Source: Mycolicibacterium smegmatis
GTDB lineage: Bacteria > Actinomycetota > Actinomycetes > Mycobacteriales > Mycobacteriaceae
Direction: 5' to 3'
Assembly (NCBI RefSeq): GCF_001457595.1
Contig: NZ_LN831039.1
Span: forward strand, 5,370,001-5,402,000
DNA: 32,000 nucleotides
Under the pieces are notes generated by a model. The model ran no database searches, was not told where the DNA came from, and saw only the letters and a list, made by a program, of their open reading frames with translations. This document shows, in pieces, positions 9,237 through 17,693 of this stretch (the stretch's first letter is position 1; each line of letters starts with the position of its first letter). The position numbers and the translations under genes are program-made.

Positions 9237-10012
9237 TGAGCGACTTCGAGACGATCCTGGTGACCCGCACCGACCGGGTCGCCACCATCCAGCTGAACCG
9301 GCCCAAGGCGCTCAACGCGCTCAACAGCCAGGTGATGACGGAAGTGACCGCGGCCGCAGCCGAACTCGACAAGGATCCGGGCGTCGGCGCGATCATCGTC
9401 ACGGGCAACGAGAAGGCCTTCGCCGCGGGTGCGGACATCAAGGAGATGGCGGACCTGTCGTTCGCCGAGGTCTTCGAGGCGGACTTCTTCGAACTGTGGT
9501 CCAAGTTCGCCGCCACCCGCACGCCCACCATCGCCGCGGTCGCCGGGTACGCCCTCGGCGGCGGCTGCGAGCTCGCGATGATGTGTGACATCCTGATCGC
9601 CGCCGACACCGCGAAATTCGGGCAGCCCGAGATCAAGCTCGGCGTGCTCCCCGGAATGGGCGGTTCGCAACGGCTCACCCGCGCGATCGGCAAGGCCAAG
9701 GCCATGGACCTCATCCTCACCGGACGAACCATCGACGCCGCCGAGGCCGAACGGGCCGGGCTGGTCTCGCGTCTGGTGCCCGCGGACACGCTGATCGACG
9801 AGGCGCTCGCGGTGGCGCAGACCATCGCCGGGATGTCGCTGTCGGCGTCGCGCATGGCCAAGGAAGCCGTCAACCGCGCGTTCGAGACCAGCCTCACCGA
9901 GGGTCTGCTCTACGAGCGCAGGCTGTTCCACTCCGCTTTCGCCACCGCCGACCAGAAAGAGGGCATGGCCGCGTTTGCCGAGAAGCGCGCCGCCAACTTC
10001 ACGCATCGCTAA
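9236..10012 (+). CDS. echA8: Enoyl-CoA hydratase (crotonase)
   Basis: ATG 9236 overlaps the echA9 stop (TGATG) and AGGAGAA lies just upstream. The product starts [29 protein letters not shown]. Motifs are [11 protein letters not shown] and [15 protein letters not shown]. The track start at 9140 lies inside echA9. Confidence 0.92.
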   Translation: MSDFETILVTRTDRVATIQLNRPKALNALNSQVMTEVTAAAAELDKDPGVGAIIVTGNEKAFAAGADIKEMADLSFAEVFEADFFELWSKFAATRTPTIAAVAGYALGGGCELAMMCDILIAADTAKFGQPEIKLGVLPGMGGSQRLTRAIGKAKAMDLILTGRTIDAAEAERAGLVSRLVPADTLIDEALAVAQTIAGMSLSASRMAKEAVNRAFETSLTEGLLYERRLFHSAFATADQKEGMAAFAEKRAANFTHR

Positions 10013-10022
10013 AGTTCGACGC

Positions 10023-11753
10023 GTGACGGGCACCAAGACCACCGAGGACGTCGACAGATCCGGCGGCGAACCGCACGCCGCGCGGGCCGCGGGGCACCAC
10101 GAAGCTCCGGACAAGCCCGCATGGTGGGTTCGCCACTACACGTTCTTCGGTACCGCGACGGGTCTGGTGTTCATCTGGCTGTCGCTCACCCCGTCGCTGC
10201 TGCCGCGCGGCCCGCTGTTCCAGGGGCTCGTGAGCGGCGGCGCCGGGGCGATCGGCTACGGCCTCGGTGTTTTCGGCGTCTGGCTGGTGCGCTACATGTG
10301 CTCGGCCGATTCGAGCCCCAAGGCGCCGCGGTGGGCCTGGGTCGCACTCGTCGTGGTCGGGATCGTCGGGCAGATCCTGATGATTGTCTATTTTCACGTG
10401 TGGCAGGACGAGATCCGCGACTTCATGGGCGTACCCCGCCTGAAGTTCTGGGACCACCCGCTCACCGCGGTCCTGTCCATCGTGGTGCTCTACGTCCTGG
10501 TCGAGATCGGCCAGTTGATCGGCAAACTCGTGCGCTTCCTGGTGCGTCAGCTCGATCGTGTTGCCCCGCCCCGGGTTTCGGCGGTGGTCGTGGTGGCGCT
10601 GCTGCTCGCGTTGAGCATCGCGCTGCTCAACGGCGTGGTGGCGCGGTTCGCGATGTCCACCATCAACAAGACGTTCGCGGCCGTGAACGACGAGGACAGC
10701 CCCGACTTCTCCGCGCCGACGTCACCGCTGCGCTCGGGCGGGCCCGGATCGCTTGCCAGCTGGGAGTCGCTGGGCCATCAGGGACGCGTGTTCGTCGCGA
10801 GTGCCCCTACGGTGCAACAGCTCTCGGAGTTCAACGGCGCACCGGCCGTCGAACCGATCCGCGCCTACGCGGGTCTGCACTCCGCCGACGGCATCAAGGC
10901 CACCGCTGCACTCGCGGCGCGCGAACTGGAACGCACGGGCGGCCTGGACCGCGCGGTGGTCGCGGTCGCCACCACCACCGGCACCGGGTGGATCAACAAC
11001 GCCGAAGCCACTGCGCTGGAATACATGTACAACGGCGACACCGCGATCGTGTCGATGCAGTACTCGTATCTGCCGAGCTGGTTGTCGTTCCTCGTGGACA
11101 AGGAGAATGCGCGGCAGGCCGGGCAGGCACTGTTCGAGGCGGTGGACGAACTGATCCGCGAACGCCCCGAGGCCGACCGGCCCAAGCTCGTGGTGTTCGG
11201 CGAGAGCCTCGGTTCGTTCGGCGGTGAGGCGCCGTTCCTGGCGCTCAACAACCTGATCGCCCGCACCGACGGCGCGCTGTTCTCCGGGCCCACGTTCAAC
11301 AACACGATCTGGGCCGACCTCACGCGCAACCGCGATCCCGGGTCGCCGGAATGGCTGCCGATCTACGACAAGGGTGAGAACGTCCGGTTCGTCGCCGAGG
11401 CAGGCGATCTCGGCCGCCCCGAGGACCCGTGGTCCACACCTCGTGTGGTGTACCTGCAGCATGCATCCGATCCGATCGCGTGGTGGAACACCGATCTGCT
11501 GTTCTCCAAACCGGACTGGTTGCGCGAGCCGCGCGGGTACGACGTGTCCCCGCACACCGAGTGGATACCCGTGGTGACGTTCCTGCAGGTGTCCGCCGAC
11601 ATGGCCGTGGCGGTGGACGTCCCCGACGGGCACGGGCACGTCTACGTCAAGAACGTGGCCGACGCGTGGGCGGCGATCATGCGGCCGCCGGGCTGGACCC
11701 CGGAGAAGACCGAGAGGCTGCGCCCGCTGCTCACCAACAACGAGAGCGCCTGA
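10023..11753 (+). CDS. Membrane protein with C-terminal alpha/beta-hydrolase domain (Rv1069c-like, Abhydrolase_9 type)
   Basis: Several N-terminal TM spans are followed by a hydrolase-like domain with a GESLGS nucleophile elbow. The start is uncertain. GTG 10023 avoids a 38-nt overlap with echA8, whereas the track start is 9975. Confidence 0.8.
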   Translation: MTGTKTTEDVDRSGGEPHAARAAGHHEAPDKPAWWVRHYTFFGTATGLVFIWLSLTPSLLPRGPLFQGLVSGGAGAIGYGLGVFGVWLVRYMCSADSSPKAPRWAWVALVVVGIVGQILMIVYFHVWQDEIRDFMGVPRLKFWDHPLTAVLSIVVLYVLVEIGQLIGKLVRFLVRQLDRVAPPRVSAVVVVALLLALSIALLNGVVARFAMSTINKTFAAVNDEDSPDFSAPTSPLRSGGPGSLASWESLGHQGRVFVASAPTVQQLSEFNGAPAVEPIRAYAGLHSADGIKATAALAARELERTGGLDRAVVAVATTTGTGWINNAEATALEYMYNGDTAIVSMQYSYLPSWLSFLVDKENARQAGQALFEAVDELIRERPEADRPKLVVFGESLGSFGGEAPFLALNNLIARTDGALFSGPTFNNTIWADLTRNRDPGSPEWLPIYDKGENVRFVAEAGDLGRPEDPWSTPRVVYLQHASDPIAWWNTDLLFSKPDWLREPRGYDVSPHTEWIPVVTFLQVSADMAVAVDVPDGHGHVYVKNVADAWAAIMRPPGWTPEKTERLRPLLTNNESA

Positions 11754-11767
11754 GCCGCAAAGCTCAG
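11750..11767. terminator. Small hairpin spanning both stop codons of a convergent gene pair
   Basis: CTGAGC-cgcaaa-GCTCAG has a 6-bp stem. The TGA of the plus-strand gene and the TCA (rc TGA) of the rhodanese gene are part of the two arms. The genes are only 10 bp apart. Confidence 0.3.
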
Positions 11768-12132
11768 ACCTGACCGGCCGCGACCAGCGCGTGGTAGCCG
11801 CCGATGACGTCGGTGGCCCGGTGCAGCCCCAGGTCGAGCAGTGCGGCCGCGGCCAGGCTCGACGTGTAGCCCTCCGAGCACAGGATAACCCAGTACACGT
11901 CGTCGTCGACGGCCTGCGGGATCTTCGCCTCGCTCGTGGGATCGCAGCGCCACTCCAGCACGTTGCGTTCGATCACGAGCGCGCCGGGCACCTCACCCTC
12001 GTGCGCGCGCTGCGCGGCCGGGCGGATGTCGACCAGCACCGCGCCGTTGTCCAGCGCCGCCGGCAGGTCCTCAGCGGCAAGCCGGACGAGCCGCGCGCGG
12101 GCGGCTTCGAGGATCGTGTCGATGCGGCTCAT
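11764..12132 (-). CDS. Single-domain rhodanese-like sulfurtransferase
   Basis: 122 aa with active-site loop ILCSEGYTSS. The start is 1 nt past the stop of the upstream dioxygenase gene, with a GGAGGG SD inside that gene's 3' end. Confidence 0.85.
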   Translation of the reverse strand: MSRIDTILEAARARLVRLAAEDLPAALDNGAVLVDIRPAAQRAHEGEVPGALVIERNVLEWRCDPTSEAKIPQAVDDDVYWVILCSEGYTSSLAAAALLDLGLHRATDVIGGYHALVAAGQV

Positions 12133-12133
12133 G

Positions 12134-12682
12134 TCAGCCCTCCGGCGCGTCGGTCAGCTCGGTGCGGCTGCGGCGCAGTGTGTTCTGTTGCGTCACTTCG
12201 TAGTACGACATCGCGGTGAGCGGGGGCGAGTACGCGTGCACGCTCAGGGTGGGGCCGATCACGGGCCCGGGGGCCCGCACGACGTCGTGGACCCAGCCGA
12301 GCGGGAACGCGGCCTGGCTGCCCGCCGACAGCCGCCGGTGCCGCAGCGCCTCACCGTCCCAGCGGGTTTCGGTCAGCGCACCCGACACCACGGTGAGCGC
12401 ACCGAGCGAACCCCCGTGATCGTGCAGTTCGGTCGAGCGGTCGGGAACCCAGCTGATCAGCCACACGTCGAGTTCGTCGTTGCCGTCCAGGCGCGTGTAC
12501 CAGCGCTCGTCTTCGGGCAGGTCGCGCAGCAGCCGGTCGTAACGGCCGGACAGCACGGCATCCGCGGCGCGGTCGGTGGTGTTCAGCAGGTCGGGTAGCC
12601 GCAGCCGGGTGGGAGCCGAGACGGCGGGGACGGTCGCGGACGTGCCGAGGGCAGCAGAACCGGAAGAAACGGTGGTGAGCAT
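12134..12682 (-). CDS. Cysteine dioxygenase type I family cupin protein
   Basis: Cupin metal motif ELHDHGGSLG and C-terminal SVHAYSPPLTAM closely match bacterial CdoA (..HDHGQS.. and ..SLHVYSPPL..M). GGAG SD lies before ATG 12682. Confidence 0.85.
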   Translation of the reverse strand: MLTTVSSGSAALGTSATVPAVSAPTRLRLPDLLNTTDRAADAVLSGRYDRLLRDLPEDERWYTRLDGNDELDVWLISWVPDRSTELHDHGGSLGALTVVSGALTETRWDGEALRHRRLSAGSQAAFPLGWVHDVVRAPGPVIGPTLSVHAYSPPLTAMSYYEVTQQNTLRRSRTELTDAPEG

Positions 12683-12794
12683 GAAGAGAACTCCGGGAAA
12701 TGAAAGTCGGATGGAAGAAACGGGTGCGCGGCTCTACTGAGCCCGACAACACCCTTTGATCCCGGTCCGTGCCTTCATGGCCGCCAGTGTTGCA

Positions 12795-12800
12795 TAGATT
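12795..12800 (+). promoter_or_regulatory. Candidate -10 hexamer TAGATT placed for a leaderless lipoprotein transcript
   Basis: TANNNT hexamer, then 6 nt (ggcctc), then ATG 12807. There is no SD. Confidence 0.35.
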
Positions 12801-12806
12801 GGCCTC

Positions 12807-13277
12807 ATGCGCAGTTACCCGTGGGCCCGCAAGACTGCCGCCGGATTCGCGGCGGCCGCCGGTCTGAGCCTGCTGACGGCATGCGGCTCGGACACCGGCA
12901 AGAACACCGAGGAAGGCCAACCGGCCGAATCCTCCTCCGTTTCCGCACCCGCCTCCACGAGCGCCGAGGCGGCACCGCCGACCGTCGCGCCGGGTGAGGT
13001 GGGGGTGTCGCCGGGCGGGGTCACGACGGCCGTGGGCGCGCCCGCGCAGTCCACTGAAGAGGAGTATTTCCAGGCCTGTCACGCCGCCAAGGTGTGGATG
13101 GACGAAAAGGGCGGCGACCCCAGGGCGCAGATCGAGCCGTATCTGGCGAGCCTGCAGGCGCCCGATGCCGCACCCGGTCCCGGGACCTACGACAAGACGT
13201 GGGCCGAGCTCGAACCGGCCCGCCAGGCCGCGGTCATCGTGGCCGTGGCTGCCGCGGCCGACGACATGTGCGGCTAG
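12807..13277 (+). CDS. lpqV: Lipoprotein (LpqV-like)
   Basis: Signal peptide with lipobox LLTAC|GS, then a Ser/Ala/Pro-rich linker and a small C-terminal domain. The symbol comes from synteny recall (Rv1064c) and is tentative. Confidence 0.75.
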   Translation: MRSYPWARKTAAGFAAAAGLSLLTACGSDTGKNTEEGQPAESSSVSAPASTSAEAAPPTVAPGEVGVSPGGVTTAVGAPAQSTEEEYFQACHAAKVWMDEKGGDPRAQIEPYLASLQAPDAAPGPGTYDKTWAELEPARQAAVIVAVAAAADDMCG

Positions 13278-13293
13278 TTCGGATCACTTCGAA

Positions 13294-13938
13294 TCACGCT
13301 GTGTCAAATCCGGTCCGGATCTGGCCGGCCGCGCCGATGTCGCCGTCGATGTAGCGCTGTAGCGTCGGGCCGACGGCGTCGAGGACCTCGTCCTCACGCA
13401 TCGACGCGACCGGTTCGATGCGCCAGACATACCGCATGAGCGCGAACCCGATGGTCTGTGACGCGACCAGACCGGCCCTGGTGCGGCGCACGCGCTCGTC
13501 GTCGCCCATGGTCGCGATCACACCGATCAGGCTGCGCTCGACGACCTTCCGCAGCTTCTCGTGCGTGGTGGGCTCGTGCGCGGCGGTCTGCAGGATCGCG
13601 CGCAGCACCGGGCCCACCTCGTCGTCGGCCCAGCTGTCGAGCAGCAGGCGCAGCACGGCACGGCCGGTGTCGCCGACCGGTGCCTGCCACGTGGCGACCA
13701 CGGCGTCGAGCCACTTCTGCGGCGGGTCGGTGGCGGCGTCGAGCAGGCCCTCCTTGGAGCCGTAGTAGTGGTAGACCAGCGCCGGGTCCACGTCCGCGGC
13801 GCGGGCCACGGCCCGGATGGTGGTGCCGGCCCACCCGCTTTCGGCGAACGTCTCGCGCGCGGCGGCGAGGATGCGCGCTGCCAGGACGCCCCGATCGTCG
13901 CGCGGTCCGGGGGTCGCGCGCGCTGAACGTTTCACCAT
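13294..13938 (-). CDS. TetR family transcriptional regulator
   Basis: HTH TTIRAVARAADVDPALVYHYYGSKEGLL. The track start 13974 lies inside the operator palindrome. ATG 13938 has AAGGAGAA 9 nt upstream and gives MVKRSARATPG.. Confidence 0.88.
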   Translation of the reverse strand: MVKRSARATPGPRDDRGVLAARILAAARETFAESGWAGTTIRAVARAADVDPALVYHYYGSKEGLLDAATDPPQKWLDAVVATWQAPVGDTGRAVLRLLLDSWADDEVGPVLRAILQTAAHEPTTHEKLRKVVERSLIGVIATMGDDERVRRTRAGLVASQTIGFALMRYVWRIEPVASMREDEVLDAVGPTLQRYIDGDIGAAGQIRTGFDTA

Positions 13939-13959
13939 GCCGAGAATTTCTCCTTGCGT

Positions 13960-14017
13960 TGAAACTAGTTTCATCGTACCGTGAAATTAGTCTCAACGAT
14001 GCGTGAAAATATTGGAG
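13960..14017. promoter_or_regulatory. Phased TetR-type operator array in a divergent promoter
   Basis: There is a perfect 14-bp palindrome TGAAACTAGTTTCA (13960-13973), a near-copy TGAAATTAGTCTCA (13982-13995) and a third half-site TGAAAATATT (14004-). The three start exactly 22 bp apart. Units 1 and 2 match at 16 of 22 positions. Confidence 0.7.
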
Positions 14018-14022
14018 ATCCC

Positions 14023-15726
14023 ATGCCCACGAACACTGACGTGGCCGCGCTCGACCGCCCATGGCGGCGACCGGGTGCGGCGCGCTACGCGTTGTCCCGG
14101 TTGCGCGGGTTCGTCCGCACGCCGGTCGAGGTCTATGAACCCGAACCCGGGAGCGTGACCGTGCGGCACGACGTGCCGGTGACGACGCGTGACGGCACGG
14201 TGCTGCGTGTGAACGTCCACCTGCCCGCGGGCGAGAACCCGGTGCCCGTGCTGCTGTGTGCGCATCCGTACGGCAAGGACAAGGTGCCGGTGCGCAAGAA
14301 GCGGGGCCGCGGATATGCGCTGCCGTTCCAGTACCGCGTGCTGCGTCAGCCCGCGCGTGTGCGGTTTTCGTCGCTGACCACGTGGGAGGCCCCCGACCCG
14401 GCATGGTGGACGAAACAGGGCTTCGCCGTGGTGAATTGCGATCTGCGGGGCGCAGGCACATCCGGCGGCGTGGGATCACCGCTGTCGGACCAGGAGGGTG
14501 AGGACGTCTACGACCTCGTCGAGTGGGCTGCGGCGCAACCGTGGAGCACGGGCGCGGTCGGCATGATCGGCGTGTCCTATCTGGCGATCTCGCAGTGGAA
14601 GTCCGCGGCGCTGCGTCCACCGCATCTGCGGGCCATCGTGCCGTGGGAGGGCATGACCGACCCCTACCGCGACCTGCTGCACCCCGGTGGCATCGCCGAA
14701 ACCGGGTTCATCAAGCTGTGGAGCCGCAGCCTGCGGGACACCCGGTTGAAATACGACCTGGGCAAGGAGAATTCGTCGCGCCCCCGTTACGACGACTGGT
14801 GGCGTTCACTGGTCCCCGCCCTCGACCGCATCGAGGTGCCCGCACTGATCTGCGGAAGCTTCTCCGACAACAACCTGCACACCCGCGGGTCCGTCCGCGG
14901 CTTCGAGCAGATCGGTTCTGCCGAACGTCACCTCTACACCCACCGCGGCGGCAAGTGGGCGGCGTTCTACTCCGACGACGCGCTGCGGACCCAGCTGGCG
15001 TTCCTGGTTCGGCATCTGCGCGGCGGCACCGCGCAGGAACTACCGCGCGTGCGTCTCGAGGTGCGGGAAAGTCGCGATCGCGTCGTCGCGGTGCGCGACG
15101 AGGCGCAGTGGCCGCTCCCCTCGACCCGGTGGACGCCGCTGTACCTGCACGACGCAGGCCTGCGGGCCGCACCGCCGGACGCCGCCGGATCGATCTCGTT
15201 CGACACCCGCAGGGCCGCAGCGCGTTTCGGCTGGACGCTACCCGAGGACACCGAACTCACCGGCCCCATGGCGCTCCGCCTGTACCTCTCGGCCGACACC
15301 GACGATGTCGACCTGTTCGTGGGCGTCGAGAAGTGGGACGGCGCGCGCTACGTCCCGTTCGAGGGGTCCTACGGCTTCGGCCGTGACCGCGTCACCACGG
15401 GGTGGCTGCGCGCGTCGATGCGTGCGCTCGACGAGTCGCGGTCCCGTCCGTTCGAGCCCGTGCCCACCTTCACCGACCCACGGCCGCTACGGCCGGGAGA
15501 GGTTGTGCCGGTGGACATCCCGCTCGGCCCGTCGTCGACGTTGTTCCGTGCCGGCGAACAGTTGCGGCTGGTGGTGGCGGGCCGCTGGCTGTGGCCGCGC
15601 AACCCGCTGACGGGCCAGTTCCCCGCCGCCTACGAGCGGCGCTCGCGCGGCACAGCCACGCTGCACTGGGGCCCGGACCGTCAGGCACGCCTGCTGGTTC
15701 CCGTCGTCGGTGACGCACCTCGGTGA
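14023..15726 (+). CDS. CocE/NonD family hydrolase (X-Pro dipeptidyl-peptidase S15 fold)
   Basis: Motifs are ..VLLCAHPYGKD.. and nucleophile GMIGVSYLAISQW, with a C-terminal beta-sandwich-like region. GGAGA precedes ATG 14023. The track start 13981 lies in the operator. Confidence 0.88.
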   Translation: MPTNTDVAALDRPWRRPGAARYALSRLRGFVRTPVEVYEPEPGSVTVRHDVPVTTRDGTVLRVNVHLPAGENPVPVLLCAHPYGKDKVPVRKKRGRGYALPFQYRVLRQPARVRFSSLTTWEAPDPAWWTKQGFAVVNCDLRGAGTSGGVGSPLSDQEGEDVYDLVEWAAAQPWSTGAVGMIGVSYLAISQWKSAALRPPHLRAIVPWEGMTDPYRDLLHPGGIAETGFIKLWSRSLRDTRLKYDLGKENSSRPRYDDWWRSLVPALDRIEVPALICGSFSDNNLHTRGSVRGFEQIGSAERHLYTHRGGKWAAFYSDDALRTQLAFLVRHLRGGTAQELPRVRLEVRESRDRVVAVRDEAQWPLPSTRWTPLYLHDAGLRAAPPDAAGSISFDTRRAAARFGWTLPEDTELTGPMALRLYLSADTDDVDLFVGVEKWDGARYVPFEGSYGFGRDRVTTGWLRASMRALDESRSRPFEPVPTFTDPRPLRPGEVVPVDIPLGPSSTLFRAGEQLRLVVAGRWLWPRNPLTGQFPAAYERRSRGTATLHWGPDRQARLLVPVVGDAPR

Positions 15727-16745
15727 CGCACAATGAGAGCATGCGCGTCGCCTTGGCTCTCGGTAGTGGCAGCGCCCGCGGCTATGCCCACATCGGGGTC
15801 ATCAACGAATTGCGCGCCCGCGGCTACGAGATCGTCGGGATCTCCGGGTCGTCGATGGGTGCGCTGGTCGGCGGGCTGTACGCGGCGGGCAAGCTCGACG
15901 AGTTCGCCGAGTGGGCCTGCACGCTCACCCAGCGTGCGGTGCTGCGACTGCTGGACCCGTCGCTGTCGGCCGCGGGGATCCTGCGGGCCGAGAAGATCCT
16001 CGACGCGGTGCGCGACATCCTCGGAGACGTCACCATCGAGGAGTTGCCCATCCCCTACACCGCGGTCGCGACCGATCTGATCACCGGTAAGGCGGTGTGG
16101 CTGCAACGCGGTCGCGTGGACACCGCGATCCGCGCCTCGATCGCGATCCCCGGGGTGATCGCACCGCACGTGCACGACGGCAGGCTGCTCGGCGACGGCG
16201 GCATCCTCGACCCCCTTCCGATGGCGCCGATCGCGTCCGTCAACGCCGATCTGACCATCGCGGTCAGCGTCTCGGGCAGTGAGACTCCGCCGGAGACGGC
16301 GTCGGAAGCCCACTCCGAGCCCGCCGAGGGCGGCGGAACCAAGCCCACCACCGAATGGCTCAACCGCATGATGCGCAGCACGTCGGCGGTGCTCGACACC
16401 GCCGCGGTGCGCAGCGTGCTCGACCGGCCGACCTCACGCGCCGTGCTCAGCAGGTTCGGGGTGTCGGTCACCGAATCCGACGACGGCACCGACGCGTCAG
16501 AGGACGCAACGGTTCCGGAGTCGTCCGCCGAACCCGCGGGGGTCCCCCGGCTCGGCAGTTTCGAGGTCATGTACCGCACGATCGACATCGCGCAGGCCGC
16601 GCTGGCGCGGCACACCCTCGCGGCCTATCCGCCGGATCTGCTGATCGAGGTGCCGCGCACGGTGTGCCGCAGCCTGGAGTTCAACCGTGCGGCCGAGGTG
16701 ATCGAGACGGGCCGGCGGCTGGCGGCCGAGGCGCTCGACAGCTAG
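15723..16745 (+). CDS. Patatin-like phospholipase (RssA/NTE type, Rv1063c-like)
   Basis: Motifs are GSGSARG (oxyanion GxGxxG), GSSMG (GxSxG) and LLGDGG (catalytic Asp). GTG 15723 overlaps the upstream stop as GTGA. ATG 15741 (MRVALALGSG) is an alternative start. Confidence 0.88.
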   Translation: MTHNESMRVALALGSGSARGYAHIGVINELRARGYEIVGISGSSMGALVGGLYAAGKLDEFAEWACTLTQRAVLRLLDPSLSAAGILRAEKILDAVRDILGDVTIEELPIPYTAVATDLITGKAVWLQRGRVDTAIRASIAIPGVIAPHVHDGRLLGDGGILDPLPMAPIASVNADLTIAVSVSGSETPPETASEAHSEPAEGGGTKPTTEWLNRMMRSTSAVLDTAAVRSVLDRPTSRAVLSRFGVSVTESDDGTDASEDATVPESSAEPAGVPRLGSFEVMYRTIDIAQAALARHTLAAYPPDLLIEVPRTVCRSLEFNRAAEVIETGRRLAAEALDS

Positions 16746-17618
16746 TCAGACCGCGAGTTCTTCCAGGAACTCCGCGATCTCGCGGGCCTCGCGGCGCCCT
16801 TGTGCGCGTCCGGCCCTGGCCGACGGGATCCGGCATGCCGGGTCGAGCGGATTGGAACCGAACGCGTCGAGCGAGTCGTCGTCGGCGTAGATGCTCAGCG
16901 CGGCCCCGGGGAATTCGGAGATTTCCTCGGCGATGCCGCCGGGATCGAACGGCGACGGTGCCGACTGCCCCGCCGGGATGAACACCACCGCGGTCTGGCA
17001 GTCGACCGCCAGCTCGAGGTTGATGCTGCTGCTCACGCCGCCGTCGATGTAGCGGCGGTCCCCGATCGTGACGGGCGGCCACGCCCCGGGCACGGCACAA
17101 CTCGCGGCCACCGCGTCGACCAGGTCGACGCCGGAGTGCCGGTCGAACCCGACGAGTTCACCGGTCGCGATGTCGATGGCCGCGATCCGGAGGATTCGCT
17201 CCTGTGGCCACTCGTGCGACGGCAGGCGCGCGGCGATCACCTCGCGTCGCACCGATTCGGGCACGGTCTGTGTCTGCGCCGCGATTTCTCCGATGCGCCG
17301 CAGCTTCTGGGCCTTGGTGGTGCCCGGGGTGAGCATGGCGTCGACGAACAGTTCGCTGATCGTGCCGATGCCGGCCGTCGGCGCGAGTTCGGCCGACGCG
17401 TCGCCCACCTGGCGCTCGTACAACTCGTCCAGGCTCAGTCCGCTGCTCAACTGCGCGGCCACCGTCGAGCCTGCCGAGGTGCCCACCAGCACGTCACTGC
17501 CGAGCAGGGCCTGGGCCGTCTCCGGCGATTCGTCGGCGATGCCGCGCAGAATTCCGGTCTCCCAGGCAATTCCCGCTATACCGCCGCCGGCGAGTACGAG
17601 TGCACGTTTCGAATCCAC
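16746..17618 (-). CDS. Patatin-like phospholipase (Rv1062-like)
   Basis: Only the C-terminal 290 aa of the 688-aa track ORF look real. GTG 17618 gives VDSKRALVLAGGGIAGIAWE.., with GTSAG (GxSxG) and YIDGGV. The upstream part of the ORF is antisense to the ADH gene. Confidence 0.85.
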   Translation of the reverse strand: MDSKRALVLAGGGIAGIAWETGILRGIADESPETAQALLGSDVLVGTSAGSTVAAQLSSGLSLDELYERQVGDASAELAPTAGIGTISELFVDAMLTPGTTKAQKLRRIGEIAAQTQTVPESVRREVIAARLPSHEWPQERILRIAAIDIATGELVGFDRHSGVDLVDAVAASCAVPGAWPPVTIGDRRYIDGGVSSSINLELAVDCQTAVVFIPAGQSAPSPFDPGGIAEEISEFPGAALSIYADDDSLDAFGSNPLDPACRIPSARAGRAQGRREAREIAEFLEELAV

Positions 17619-17693
17619 GTTGATCCAGTGTGCCAGGACTACCCTCGGTTCTGAGCCCGCGCCGGTGTCCTGCGCGGAGACGAAGGGATTGCC

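Noticed and set aside
13394-14620. 408-aa minus-strand ORF and several 100-370-aa Arg/Pro-rich ORFs across 10-15 kb (for example 10121-11227 +)
   Set aside because: They are extremely rich in Arg, Pro and Ala, overlap well-supported genes out of frame or antisense, and have no SD or motifs.
15723-17618. Patatin-like phospholipases as a CBASS-type (CapV) or other anti-phage effector pair
   Set aside because: No cyclase/CD-NTase, SMODS, E1/E2/JAB or other defence partners are nearby. The pair appears to be conserved core genes (Rv1063c/Rv1062-like) with RssA/NTE-type features rather than part of a defence island.
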